Shown: positions 9,974-19,043 of the stretch, piece after piece
Numbering within the stretch: position 1 is the first letter of the stretch
Layout of the letters: each line of letters opens with the position of its first letter
DNA from: Candidatus Latescibacterota bacterium
Lineage (GTDB): Bacteria > Krumholzibacteriota > Krumholzibacteriia > WVZY01
Length of the DNA: 64,000 nt
NCBI GenBank assembly: GCA_011772205.1
Contig: WVZY01000076.1
Span: 114,567 to 178,566, forward strand
Direction of reading: 5' to 3'
Made by a program: the position numbers and the translations under genes
The notes under the pieces: model-generated
Database searches by the model: none
The model's input: the letters and a program-made list of their open reading frames with translations, nothing else
What the model was told of the DNA's origin: nothing

Positions 9974-10783
9974 TTGAAAATCGGTTTCCTGCAACTCAGG
10001 CCAAAATTCGGCGAAGTCAAGGAAAACGTAAGAAGTGCCTTGTCGCTTCTGAAAAACGTCTCTGACGCGACGATCGTCCTGCCCGAGCTGTTCAATACGG
10101 GTTATTTGTTCCGCAACCTCGAGGAACTCAAGGAATTAGCAGAGCCGATCAACCGCGGATATACGGTGCCTGCTCTCAAGAAGGTCGCGAAACAGCGGGG
10201 ACTCAACTTGGCCTTTGGGATGGCAGAAGTGAAGAATAGAAAGTACTACAATTCGTCCGTCCTGATCACCGCCAAAGGAAAAGTATACAGCTATCAGAAG
10301 ACTCATCTTTTCGACAGAGAGAAGCTCTTCTTTCAACCTGGGACCAAGGCCTACCAGATCTACCCGGTTGACGGCACGAAACTGGGGATGATGGTCTGTT
10401 TCGATTGGATTTTCCCGGAGGTCACCAGAATCCTTGCATTGAAAGGCGCTCAGATTATTCTTCATCCCGCAAATCTCATTCTTCCATGGGGCCAGGATGC
10501 GATGCGAACCAGATCGATAGAGAACAGGGTATTTTCCATTACTGCGAATCGGATCGGCACCGAGAAACGAGGCAACCTCTCGCTGTCGTTCAGCGGTAGA
10601 AGCCAGATTGTCGATCCGAAGGGTAATATTCTGGCAAGTGCTGGAGAGCGGAGCGAATCGCTCAAGATCGTCGAGATCGATGCGCGCGAGGCCCAGGACA
10701 AGATGGTGACCGCCAACAACGATCTATTCAAGGATCGAAAAGTATCGCTCTACAAGTCTCTCGTTGGCAGGAATACCGGTTAG
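9974..10783 (+). CDS. carbon-nitrogen hydrolase family protein (nitrilase/amidase superfamily)
   Basis: C-N hydrolase fold features: an E…K…C triad context (LPELFNTGY; MMVCFDWIFPE with the catalytic Cys). TTG start with a GGGGGTGA ribosome-binding site. Confidence 0.75.
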   Translation: MKIGFLQLRPKFGEVKENVRSALSLLKNVSDATIVLPELFNTGYLFRNLEELKELAEPINRGYTVPALKKVAKQRGLNLAFGMAEVKNRKYYNSSVLITAKGKVYSYQKTHLFDREKLFFQPGTKAYQIYPVDGTKLGMMVCFDWIFPEVTRILALKGAQIILHPANLILPWGQDAMRTRSIENRVFSITANRIGTEKRGNLSLSFSGRSQIVDPKGNILASAGERSESLKIVEIDAREAQDKMVTANNDLFKDRKVSLYKSLVGRNTG

Positions 10784-11043
10784 GCATGACGGCTCCGTTA
10801 GCTCAACAATGACACGTTAAAAGCAACGCTGTTCCCACCCGGCTCTTGCAAACTGCAAAGGTCACTCACTCCTACAGTACGTATTTGCTGCTTCAGAACC
10901 GATTTAATCATAAAGAGTTAAGCACGTACCGGGTCTGTATTACACGGCCGGGTGCTGGCATAGTACTTGCGATCCAACCCACGAAACACCCAGTTTTTTC
11001 AATACGTTCGAAAGTAACGTCTCGCTCAAAAAGGAGATAAGCT

Positions 11044-13032
11044 GTGGATGCAAAGCGACCTCCAGCGCTGACTTCGCCTTGGAAAATCGGCTTTCTCGTT
11101 TCACTGCTACTTATTTTTCTAAGCGTCGGCGTGAACTACATGCTTTTTAGAATATTTCACCTATCGTGGAGCTGGATTGGATTAGAGGAAGGGAATTGGT
11201 TCTTCAACAAGGATCGATTTGTTCGTGAAATGTTCCCGCTCATGGCCCTCATTGCCCTCGCCTCACTCATCGCTTATTTTGCGATTACGTCGGCGGTTCG
11301 AAGGTACAAAGCTTATTTGGATTCCGGACATGATTATCGGAATCTCATAACAATGGTCAAAGGGATCAGAGATCTCGACGACGAGAATGTTATCAGAAAA
11401 TTAAGCAAGTATCCGGAGCTTCGTGATTTTCTTAGAAACGTGCGAGAGCAAGCCAAGGAAAGAGATCTAGCGCTTGCCGAACGTGAAGATGCTGTTGCCG
11501 AAAGAGAGCAGCAAAATGTTTCCTCTGATCTCATCAGAAGAGAAAGCGAATCGCTTGCGCGGGCGATTTTGGAGTTGTCGGATGGCGGATTAATCGGAGA
11601 CGTGAAAACTACCGTTCCGGATCTCATGCCAATTGAGAAAGCAATCCACGGGCTTGCAAACTCGGGTGGTGCCCAACCTGGAGCCGTTGACCTAGGAAAA
11701 CTTCATGGCGTGCGTAAGGACGTCGATGAAGCGATCAAGTATTTGAAAAGCCGCTTGGCCGAAAGCTCAAAAGAGCACAAAGCGAGCTGCAGCGTTGCTC
11801 AGGAGATCGAAAATCAGTTATCCCAGCTGAATGCAGTTCTGGCCAGCACGGGCGGGGTAACTCCCGCGGGAGCGGGCGGTACCGATTTCACTGGACTGGT
11901 CCAGTCGATGGATACGATAGAGCGGCTGTCCCTGGTTCTTGCAGATCTTGGCGAAGAAGCCAAGGGCATCGCAATCAATACGGCGCTGCAAGCCGGGTCG
12001 GGCGAGGGGGCGGTGGCAGATCTCATACAGTTGGCTGAAGATGTCCGCGGTGTCGCGTTGAAGTTTACGGACATGGCCCAATCCTATCAGGAAGCAATCG
12101 AACAAATGCGCAAGTCGATGGCGGGCGTGGAAGCTTCACGAGCAACGCCCGCTGGGGAATGCGAAGAGGGCCGGAATGTCGCACAGGTAGCTTCCGCGCT
12201 CAAAAGTAAAGTCTCACTGTGGGTCGAGCGCATGGTAGTCCTTTCGGATCAGATCAAGAACGTCGAGAAAAGCTTGGGACTAACGTTTGGGCCGCTCCAA
12301 GAAAAACTGGCCAACCTCAGAGAAGAGGGTGCGAAGCTGAGCGTGGAACCGACTGGCAAAGAAAGAGCGGCTAAGGGTCTCCAAGTGGAGACAGCTGGAG
12401 GCGGCTCGCCTGAGGAAGATCTGCAGGTAGAGACGAGCGCACCGCCGGGACTCGAACAAACAAAATCCGCTTCTACGGTGTTTTCCCAAATGGGAGCTCC
12501 CTCTCAAGACATACCAGGCCTCGAGAGCAATACGGGTCAGGTTTTCGACCAAGAGCCTAAAGAAGGGGAGATGTTCGCCGAACTCTCGAAGGCGGATTCA
12601 ATCGAGAAAGATGAAGACGTAACGTTCGAAGAAATCTCGTCGGAGAAGCTGGAAAAGCAGCGGGGAACGCCTTTGCGGCGTAAACGGCAGGACCCATCTG
12701 AGAGTGAACCGCCAGAAGAGACGATTGCAATAGAGCCTCCCAGCTCAGGATCCCCACTTGGAGGTCCTGCGGGCGAGGATACTGCGAGCGCTGATACATT
12801 CGAGGGAAAGATTGCTTTTGATCTGAGCAAAGCTACTGGATCCGAAGCCCAAGATTCTGAGGACTCGGAAGGCATGTACGACCACAACGCATTCTCATTT
12901 GAGGACATGAAAACAGCGGGGCGGCAGCAGATCCCAGCACAGAAGGCCGATTGGAAAGGTGCATTAGATGGTGCAACGGATGAAGAAGAAGTCATCGATC
13001 TTTACGAGCTCGGCGCTGTGGATTTCGTTTAG
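11044..13032 (+). CDS. membrane protein with a degenerate MCP-like signalling (hairpin-tip) segment and an acidic low-complexity tail
   Basis: GTG start with an AAAGGAGAT ribosome-binding site. Two N-terminal TMs with only a ~15-aa loop, so no sensor domain. Coiled-coil regions follow. The segment GIAINTALQAGSGEGAVADLIQLAEDVRGVALKF resembles the MCP consensus [31 protein letters not shown]. The C-terminal ~200 aa are D/E/S/P-rich. Confidence 0.55.
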   Translation: MDAKRPPALTSPWKIGFLVSLLLIFLSVGVNYMLFRIFHLSWSWIGLEEGNWFFNKDRFVREMFPLMALIALASLIAYFAITSAVRRYKAYLDSGHDYRNLITMVKGIRDLDDENVIRKLSKYPELRDFLRNVREQAKERDLALAEREDAVAEREQQNVSSDLIRRESESLARAILELSDGGLIGDVKTTVPDLMPIEKAIHGLANSGGAQPGAVDLGKLHGVRKDVDEAIKYLKSRLAESSKEHKASCSVAQEIENQLSQLNAVLASTGGVTPAGAGGTDFTGLVQSMDTIERLSLVLADLGEEAKGIAINTALQAGSGEGAVADLIQLAEDVRGVALKFTDMAQSYQEAIEQMRKSMAGVEASRATPAGECEEGRNVAQVASALKSKVSLWVERMVVLSDQIKNVEKSLGLTFGPLQEKLANLREEGAKLSVEPTGKERAAKGLQVETAGGGSPEEDLQVETSAPPGLEQTKSASTVFSQMGAPSQDIPGLESNTGQVFDQEPKEGEMFAELSKADSIEKDEDVTFEEISSEKLEKQRGTPLRRKRQDPSESEPPEETIAIEPPSSGSPLGGPAGEDTASADTFEGKIAFDLSKATGSEAQDSEDSEGMYDHNAFSFEDMKTAGRQQIPAQKADWKGALDGATDEEEVIDLYELGAVDFV

Positions 13033-13062
13033 ATTTGAGCTGATAAGCTTTTGGAGGAGTAC

Positions 13063-15141
13063 ATGAAACCCGCCCTAGACAGCCTCGGATTGTTTATCGC
13101 GCAGGTTAAGCAGCATGCAGCAGCGCTCACCGAACTCTTGACGAAGGGCTCGAGTGTCGACCAGGCAAGCGACCTGATGGAAAGGTGTATCGTCTCGACC
13201 ACTATGCTTGCGGGCAGCACATCGGTCATGGGATTAGAAAGCTGGCAGGATTGCTTATCTGCTTGCGAAGCCCTGCTATCTCGCTACCGCAGTCTTTCGC
13301 TCCCGTGGGATGAGAAAATCGCCCAAGTGCTTTCCGAGTTGATCGAGAAAGAGGATCTGCTTGTGTCAGCCCACGCTGGCGGCGAGATTGGTGACCTGTC
13401 CTCCATCGTGTCCGCAGAAGAGATTCAGGCGTTGCTGGAGGAGGCCAACGTATTGCTCGATACCGAACCGGTTACTGTAGCTCCCGAGGCGGATTCGAAG
13501 CCGGAAGGGGGATCGGCGGGGGGCGGGCGGAAATCCACGGGAACCGGGATTGCAGCGGAAATGAGTGGGGAGGCAGGCGCAGCGGAGAAAGCTGCAGGAA
13601 TTGATGCGAGTCAGAGGGCATTCCTAGCTGGAACGACAGCGTCTCTCAAGAAAGCCGCCAATTCTCTGTTCGATGGATTGTCGGTCATTCAGGGCGACAG
13701 GGGCGAAATATTGGATGGCTCGCTCATGGACATTCGCAAGCAGCTTTGTCTCCTTAGTTTTTTTGCACGCTCAATGGGTGGGATATTGAGGCAAGACTCA
13801 GGCGAAAATCTCCACACGGTCACATCATCGCTCGAGCCTGCAAAAGTGGCGCTTAAAGATTACGCGGGCGGTCTCTGCAGGAGCGGGGAGAGACATGTTG
13901 ATATTGCTTTCGGGGGCACTCAAAATGAAGTGGATGCAGGTCTACTTTTCCATATCGAGCGAGTGCTTCAGTGGATGATTCACGATGTATACGTTCGATG
14001 CGAAGAACCTCATCTCAAAATCGATGTCGAGGTCAGTGAGAAAAACGGGGCGCTGTGGTGGAAAGTGAGAGATAACGGGGAGAACTTCATAACAAACTCG
14101 AGAGTAGACCATGATGAGTTACTGGCATTCTATCCCTCCCTCAAGGAGGTTCGCAAAACACTCCAACATCTAGAAGGCGTCTTATGGGTTGAGCCCGATG
14201 AAAACCACGACACCCGTTTTGCATTCTCGACGCCTCTGTCCAAGGAGCAGATTAGATTCTTGGTCTGGGGTAAAGGGGAGAAAAGCTTCGCAGTTCTTTC
14301 AACACAATTCTGCACGACTTTGCAGGTAGAGTCTACTTCGGTCGAGTGTGATTCGAGAGGAGAACATTTGGTAATAGACGACCGCAGAGTTCCGTTAGTG
14401 AGATTGGAACTCGTCTACCCCGAGGCGCCTGGAGAAGGGAATGAGATCGCAGTCATAGGGGCTGTTGAAAAGAGAGTTGCATTTTACGTGGAGGGTGAAG
14501 GGCGACACGAGGAAGGTCTCTGGTTGAAGGACGCCATACCGTTGTGGAAAGGGCTTCCCAGTGGGGTGGCTCAAGTGGGACGCCGGAGAATCCCGCTCAT
14601 TGAAGCAAAGGATCTGTTGGAGAGATATCTATATGCCTCGGAAGAAGCTGTTGAAGCGGAAGTTTCTGGAGGAGTGGTACAAGAAGACAAGGATCTTTCC
14701 CAAGCTCAGGCAACGCTGGAGAAAGGTTCTCCATCTCCTCCAGAACTAAATACAGAGGGAAAAGAGGTCGATGTGCTCGTGGTGGAGAGAAGTGATGCCG
14801 TGAAGGAGGCGTTCGAGTCTGTATTAGCAAGAGGGAATTACAGAGCGAAAGTCGTGGGTAAGCTTGATGAGGCGATGGAGATCATAGAAAACAGCACTCC
14901 GCGTCTCATCATTAGCGAGTTCCGAATGCCTTCGATGGCGGCGAAGAAACTAACACAGGCCTTAAGGAAGGAAGGCAAAAACATCCCCGTGCTGGTGACG
15001 ACATCTCACTCAGGGGCCAATGCCGAGCTCCTCGTAGAGAAACTGGGTGTTTCAGGCTACCTCAGCAAGCCCCTCGATGACGACGCCGTTTATGCGAAGG
15101 TCACTGACATTCTGCGAGAGGAAAACGGTTCCGGCGAATGA
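13063..15141 (+). CDS. CheA-like protein with degenerate HPt, HATPase and receiver-like domains (putative pseudo-histidine kinase)
   Basis: ATG preceded by GGAGGAG. HPt-like N-terminus where the phospho-His position reads RCIVSTTMLAGSTSV instead of RAAHSIKGGAG. Kinase-core-like stretch HIERVLQWMIHDVYV…KVRDNGENFI…GVLWVEPDENHDTRFAFSTPL, against the CheA N, G1 and G2 boxes ending …GTxFxIxLPLT. A CheW-like region follows. The C-terminal receiver-like domain has E where the phospho-Asp should be (LIISEFRMP). Confidence 0.55.
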   Translation: MKPALDSLGLFIAQVKQHAAALTELLTKGSSVDQASDLMERCIVSTTMLAGSTSVMGLESWQDCLSACEALLSRYRSLSLPWDEKIAQVLSELIEKEDLLVSAHAGGEIGDLSSIVSAEEIQALLEEANVLLDTEPVTVAPEADSKPEGGSAGGGRKSTGTGIAAEMSGEAGAAEKAAGIDASQRAFLAGTTASLKKAANSLFDGLSVIQGDRGEILDGSLMDIRKQLCLLSFFARSMGGILRQDSGENLHTVTSSLEPAKVALKDYAGGLCRSGERHVDIAFGGTQNEVDAGLLFHIERVLQWMIHDVYVRCEEPHLKIDVEVSEKNGALWWKVRDNGENFITNSRVDHDELLAFYPSLKEVRKTLQHLEGVLWVEPDENHDTRFAFSTPLSKEQIRFLVWGKGEKSFAVLSTQFCTTLQVESTSVECDSRGEHLVIDDRRVPLVRLELVYPEAPGEGNEIAVIGAVEKRVAFYVEGEGRHEEGLWLKDAIPLWKGLPSGVAQVGRRRIPLIEAKDLLERYLYASEEAVEAEVSGGVVQEDKDLSQAQATLEKGSPSPPELNTEGKEVDVLVVERSDAVKEAFESVLARGNYRAKVVGKLDEAMEIIENSTPRLIISEFRMPSMAAKKLTQALRKEGKNIPVLVTTSHSGANAELLVEKLGVSGYLSKPLDDDAVYAKVTDILREENGSGE

Positions 15142-15336
15142 CCCGGATCCAAGATTGGCTGGTTGCGGGGCCTAATAAGCTAAGACGTTTAATCATAAGC
15201 GCTTCCATTGGGTGAATATCCATTGGCATTGAGGCCGCTTTTCCAATAGTGGCGGTGGTTTTGGTACAGATCGTGCAACCGCTTGAAATGGGTGAGATAC
15301 TCAGAATACGATCGGCAAGCAAAAGGATGGAAAGTT

Positions 15337-15558
15337 ATGAGCAAGTGGAGAGAATCTGATTATTCCAGCATTATCATCGGCGGCGAGGATGCGGATGTCG
15401 TGATGACTTCGGTGGAAGCAGCAGAGTATCTCAAGATGCATGTCAAAACGGTTTGTAGGCTTGCAAAAGAGAAGAAAATTCCTGCGAAGAAGGTGGGCAG
15501 TGAGTGGAGGTTCCTCAAGAGCGTTTTGGATAAATGGCTTGCCCAGGAGGTGGTCTAG
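15337..15558 (+). CDS. excisionase-family helix-turn-helix DNA-binding protein
   Basis: About 74 aa from the internal Met, with an AAGGATGG ribosome-binding site. The TSVEAAEYLKMHVKTVCRLAKEKKIP segment is typical of HTH_17/Xis-type domains. Confidence 0.55.
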   Translation: MSKWRESDYSSIIIGGEDADVVMTSVEAAEYLKMHVKTVCRLAKEKKIPAKKVGSEWRFLKSVLDKWLAQEVV

Positions 15559-15632
15559 AGAGGCGTCGCCCGTGAGATTTCACCTCTCTGCTTTCCCCCC
15601 AATGCCGGACCGATCACCACCATACCACGAGA

Positions 15633-17465
15633 GTGCCAATGGCCAAAACGGTCATAGAGAAAGTCCCTTCAAAAAGCTCCGGTGTAACAGTATTTAAAAT
15701 CACCGGCACTCTCGGTTTCCACGAAAAAGAGAACCTTATCAAGCTGTTTGATGAGTGCGAGAAGCACGGGATTAGCAAGCTCGTAATGGATTTTTCCGAG
15801 TTGACATCACTTGGAGGAGGGTGCGCCAAAATCATTCGCGAAAAGGCCGATTCGGGGGATTTCTTCATCGGTGTGGCAGGTGCATCGAAGACGACTCTGA
15901 AATTCCTACGTAATGAAGATGAGCCAGGGCGTGTTCGCTTCGCATCGACTGTAGAGGAAGCGATGGAAGAGATCGGAAGCGGATCTGGCGAGGAAGTCGT
16001 TGTGGAGCACCCCGCGAAAAAATCCGCTTCAACCTCCGCGGCTAAGAAACAGAAAGCCAAGAAGCTCCAAGCGAAGGAAAAAGAACCCAAGGTGTCGGCT
16101 CGTGTGGAAGCTGATCACGCGAAAGAGGATGAGATTGAAAAGCATGAAACCGATGGAGCCAGATCCGAGGCACAAAATCGCACCGCACCTGATACCGGCG
16201 ACAATGGACTACCGAACGTGATCTGTCTCGGCCACGACGCCAACGGCGTCGTGAGCGAAGAAAGCACGGGAGAGCCCGTCGACGAGTGGTACGCTGATGC
16301 GCCTGTGCCGGGTCTGGAGGGGGCGCCGATCGAGGAGAAATCGGCGGATCTCGAAAAATCATCGGATAGGAAGCTCAAGAGAAGGTTGGTGCAATATAGC
16401 TCGCTTCTCTCGATCAGCTCGGATTTCAACCGAATCATGGAGAAATCGAAGCTTCTGGACACGATTCTTCTTACCACGATCGCCCAGGTTGGCGTGGAAT
16501 CTGCAGCCTTCTTCGAATACCGGGAGGATGGGCTCGAGCCGATCGCGGCGAAGGGGATCGAACTCGAACAGTGCACCCCGCTGGTTCTCGAAGGGACAGG
16601 GGATGGACGCATCTGGGAAGGTGATGAAATCTTGGAGATGTCTGATTCTCCGATCGAGGAAGAGTCCAAAAAGAAAGCCCTGTCATCGGGATTTGCTTGG
16701 GCGGCTCCTGTGATCATTTATAACGAATTCAGAGGGCTTGTTCTGATCGGCAAGCCAATCAAAAAAACATTAAACGAGGATTCGCTCGAAGTTCTGAACA
16801 TAATTGTCCGGCAAGCCGCAGTTGCTTATGAAAACACCCGCCGTTTCGAGGAAGAAAGTGAGCGAATCCTTGGTCTGGTCCAGAGTCTTATCTCGCTCAT
16901 CGAGGAGAGAACCCTTGCGAGGGGCAACACGTCGCTCATCGCAGGTCACTCGTATATGCTCGCAAAAAAGATGCACTACCCGGACGAGCTCATCAAGGAT
17001 CTGATGTTCGGCGTGGTACTTCGAGACATTGGGATGATCAAGGTGAGCGACCTCATTGTAAGGAGTCCCAGGGAGCTCGGTAAGGAGGAGTGGGAGATTA
17101 TCAAGAGGCACCCAATCGACGGTGCCGACATGCTTAGGAAGATGAAGTTCTCGGACCACGCCGTCAAGATTGTCCTGTGCCATCATGAGCGGTATAACGG
17201 CGAGGGTTATCCGAATCAATTAAGGGGCGGTGAGATTCCTCTCGGCGCCAGAATCGTCTCGGTCGTAGAGAGTTATGGGGCGATGTTGCAGGACCGTCCG
17301 ACAAGACCTGCGCTGACGCGCGAAGAGGCTTTGAACACTTTGAAGGAAAATTGGGGGATGCGATACGACCCTGAGGTCGTCGAACAATTCGTCGAGATCA
17401 TCGAAGAAGAAATACGCACGGGAGAAAACAAACAATACATGAGCAGCGAATTTTTCAGCGTCTAG
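15633..17465 (+). CDS. STAS–GAF–HD-GYP domain protein with a substituted HD motif
   Basis: N-terminal STAS/anti-sigma-antagonist-like domain, a long acidic linker, a GAF domain, and a C-terminal HD-GYP (HHERYNGEGYP). The usual LHDIGK reads LRDIGM, and the upstream His motif is not obvious. Confidence 0.7.
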   Translation: MPMAKTVIEKVPSKSSGVTVFKITGTLGFHEKENLIKLFDECEKHGISKLVMDFSELTSLGGGCAKIIREKADSGDFFIGVAGASKTTLKFLRNEDEPGRVRFASTVEEAMEEIGSGSGEEVVVEHPAKKSASTSAAKKQKAKKLQAKEKEPKVSARVEADHAKEDEIEKHETDGARSEAQNRTAPDTGDNGLPNVICLGHDANGVVSEESTGEPVDEWYADAPVPGLEGAPIEEKSADLEKSSDRKLKRRLVQYSSLLSISSDFNRIMEKSKLLDTILLTTIAQVGVESAAFFEYREDGLEPIAAKGIELEQCTPLVLEGTGDGRIWEGDEILEMSDSPIEEESKKKALSSGFAWAAPVIIYNEFRGLVLIGKPIKKTLNEDSLEVLNIIVRQAAVAYENTRRFEEESERILGLVQSLISLIEERTLARGNTSLIAGHSYMLAKKMHYPDELIKDLMFGVVLRDIGMIKVSDLIVRSPRELGKEEWEIIKRHPIDGADMLRKMKFSDHAVKIVLCHHERYNGEGYPNQLRGGEIPLGARIVSVVESYGAMLQDRPTRPALTREEALNTLKENWGMRYDPEVVEQFVEIIEEEIRTGENKQYMSSEFFSV

Positions 17466-17477
17466 AGGTGAATAGTC

Positions 17478-19043
17478 ATGCAAGAAGATATCCTCGTCGT
17501 CGATGACGATCCGGATGTTCTGGACATTCTAAGCGAAACGCTCAATAAGCGGGGTTATAACGTTGTGGTTGCCCTGGATGCGCAGTCTGCGCTCCGGTCT
17601 TTCAAGCGGAAGCAACCCAGCCTCGTGATCCTGGATATCATGCTGCCGGATATGGACGGCTTGGAGGTCTTCAAGCGGATGCGCGCAGACCAAGCGGATC
17701 GCTACATTCCGATCCTCTTCCTCTCGTCTAACGGCGATCTGGAGACAAAGCTAAGCGGATTCGATATGGGGGCGGAAGATTACCTGGTAAAGCCGGTTTC
17801 GCTGAAGGAATTGAATGCTAAGATCGGGAAGATTCTAAAACGCACGTCCCAGGCCCAGGCGCTCTGGGAAGAGCGCGAAGCGTTGGAAACGGAAGTAACG
17901 AAGGAGCATGAGAATTACATTCATATCAATAAGCAGCTAAAGAAGCAGGTCCTCGCTATGAAGACGCTTTTTTCCATATCGCAGGACCTGACCCGCATCC
18001 TCGAACTGGATGAATTGATCAATGCCTTTGCACTCACGATTGTTGGAGAGCTGAGAATCTCGAGTATGGCGTTTTTCGCCCTGGTGAGCGAGAACAGCAA
18101 GATCCTCAGCCTACGGGGAGTCAAAGGTTTCCGAAAGGAGAAATTCGCAGGTCTTGAAATACCCAGAGACTGTGCCTTCGTTGAATGGCTGGGAACCCGG
18201 GCCAAGCCCAAAAAGATAGTGAGGAGCAACGACCGCACGTGGGTCAAGCGACTTCCAGACATCCGGTTGGCTGCTTTCGAGTACGCAACGCCAATCATGA
18301 TCAAGGACAAGATGAGAGGAATCGTTTTCACAGGGCCAAAGCTGAGCAGGGATGATTACACACCATATGACCTCGATATGCTGCAGTTCATTTGCAACTC
18401 CGCTGGAGTCGGTATGGAGAATGCACGATTGTTTAAAGAGCTTCAGACAACGTATCTATCAACGGTAAAAACGCTTGTTTCCATTATCGAAGCGAAGGAT
18501 AGCTATACGAGGGGCCATACGGAACGGGTTGCGGAGTACGCCATAGCGATCGCAGAAAGAATGAATCTTCCCCAAGAGGAGCAAAGGCGGATCGCATTCG
18601 GTGCGGTCCTTCATGATATCGGTAAACTCGGGGTCCTGGAAAAAGTCCTCAATAAAAAGGAGCAGTTGGATACTGAGGAATGGAAGATATTGAAAGCCCA
18701 CCCCGAAGTCGGAGCCAGCATCATCGAGAATATGGAGTTCCTTACGGGAACGGTAGAACTGGTGCGGCATCACCATGAAAACTGGAATGGGAAAGGTTAC
18801 CCGGATGGGTTGAAAGGAGAGGAGATCCCAATTGGATCGAGAATCATTGCAGTCGCAGATGGCTTCGATGCAATGACAACAGATCGTCCCTACCGTAAAG
18901 CGCTAAAATGGACCGAAGCCCTCTCGACAATCAAGGAAGGCTCCGGCATCCAATACGATCCCGAAGTTGTGCGGAGCTTCGAGGAGATTATCAGAGACAA
19001 GAACTTCAGAAAACGAATGAGAGAAAAGCATTCCAATCCATAA
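17478..19043 (+). CDS. response regulator with GAF and canonical HD-GYP phosphodiesterase domains (RpfG-like)
   Basis: REC domain (VVDDDPD…LVILDIMLPDMDG…K). HD-GYP motifs are intact: YTRGHTERV, LHDIGK, HHHENWNGKGYP and AVADGFDAMTTDRPYR. GAGGTGA ribosome-binding site. Confidence 0.85.
   Translation: MQEDILVVDDDPDVLDILSETLNKRGYNVVVALDAQSALRSFKRKQPSLVILDIMLPDMDGLEVFKRMRADQADRYIPILFLSSNGDLETKLSGFDMGAEDYLVKPVSLKELNAKIGKILKRTSQAQALWEEREALETEVTKEHENYIHINKQLKKQVLAMKTLFSISQDLTRILELDELINAFALTIVGELRISSMAFFALVSENSKILSLRGVKGFRKEKFAGLEIPRDCAFVEWLGTRAKPKKIVRSNDRTWVKRLPDIRLAAFEYATPIMIKDKMRGIVFTGPKLSRDDYTPYDLDMLQFICNSAGVGMENARLFKELQTTYLSTVKTLVSIIEAKDSYTRGHTERVAEYAIAIAERMNLPQEEQRRIAFGAVLHDIGKLGVLEKVLNKKEQLDTEEWKILKAHPEVGASIIENMEFLTGTVELVRHHHENWNGKGYPDGLKGEEIPIGSRIIAVADGFDAMTTDRPYRKALKWTEALSTIKEGSGIQYDPEVVRSFEEIIRDKNFRKRMREKHSNP

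Noticed and set aside
10846-11040. 64-aa ORF between the C-N hydrolase gene and the MCP-like gene.
   Set aside because: It is short, has no ribosome-binding site, and occupies the likely promoter and ribosome-binding region (AAAGGAGAT) of the downstream GTG-start gene.
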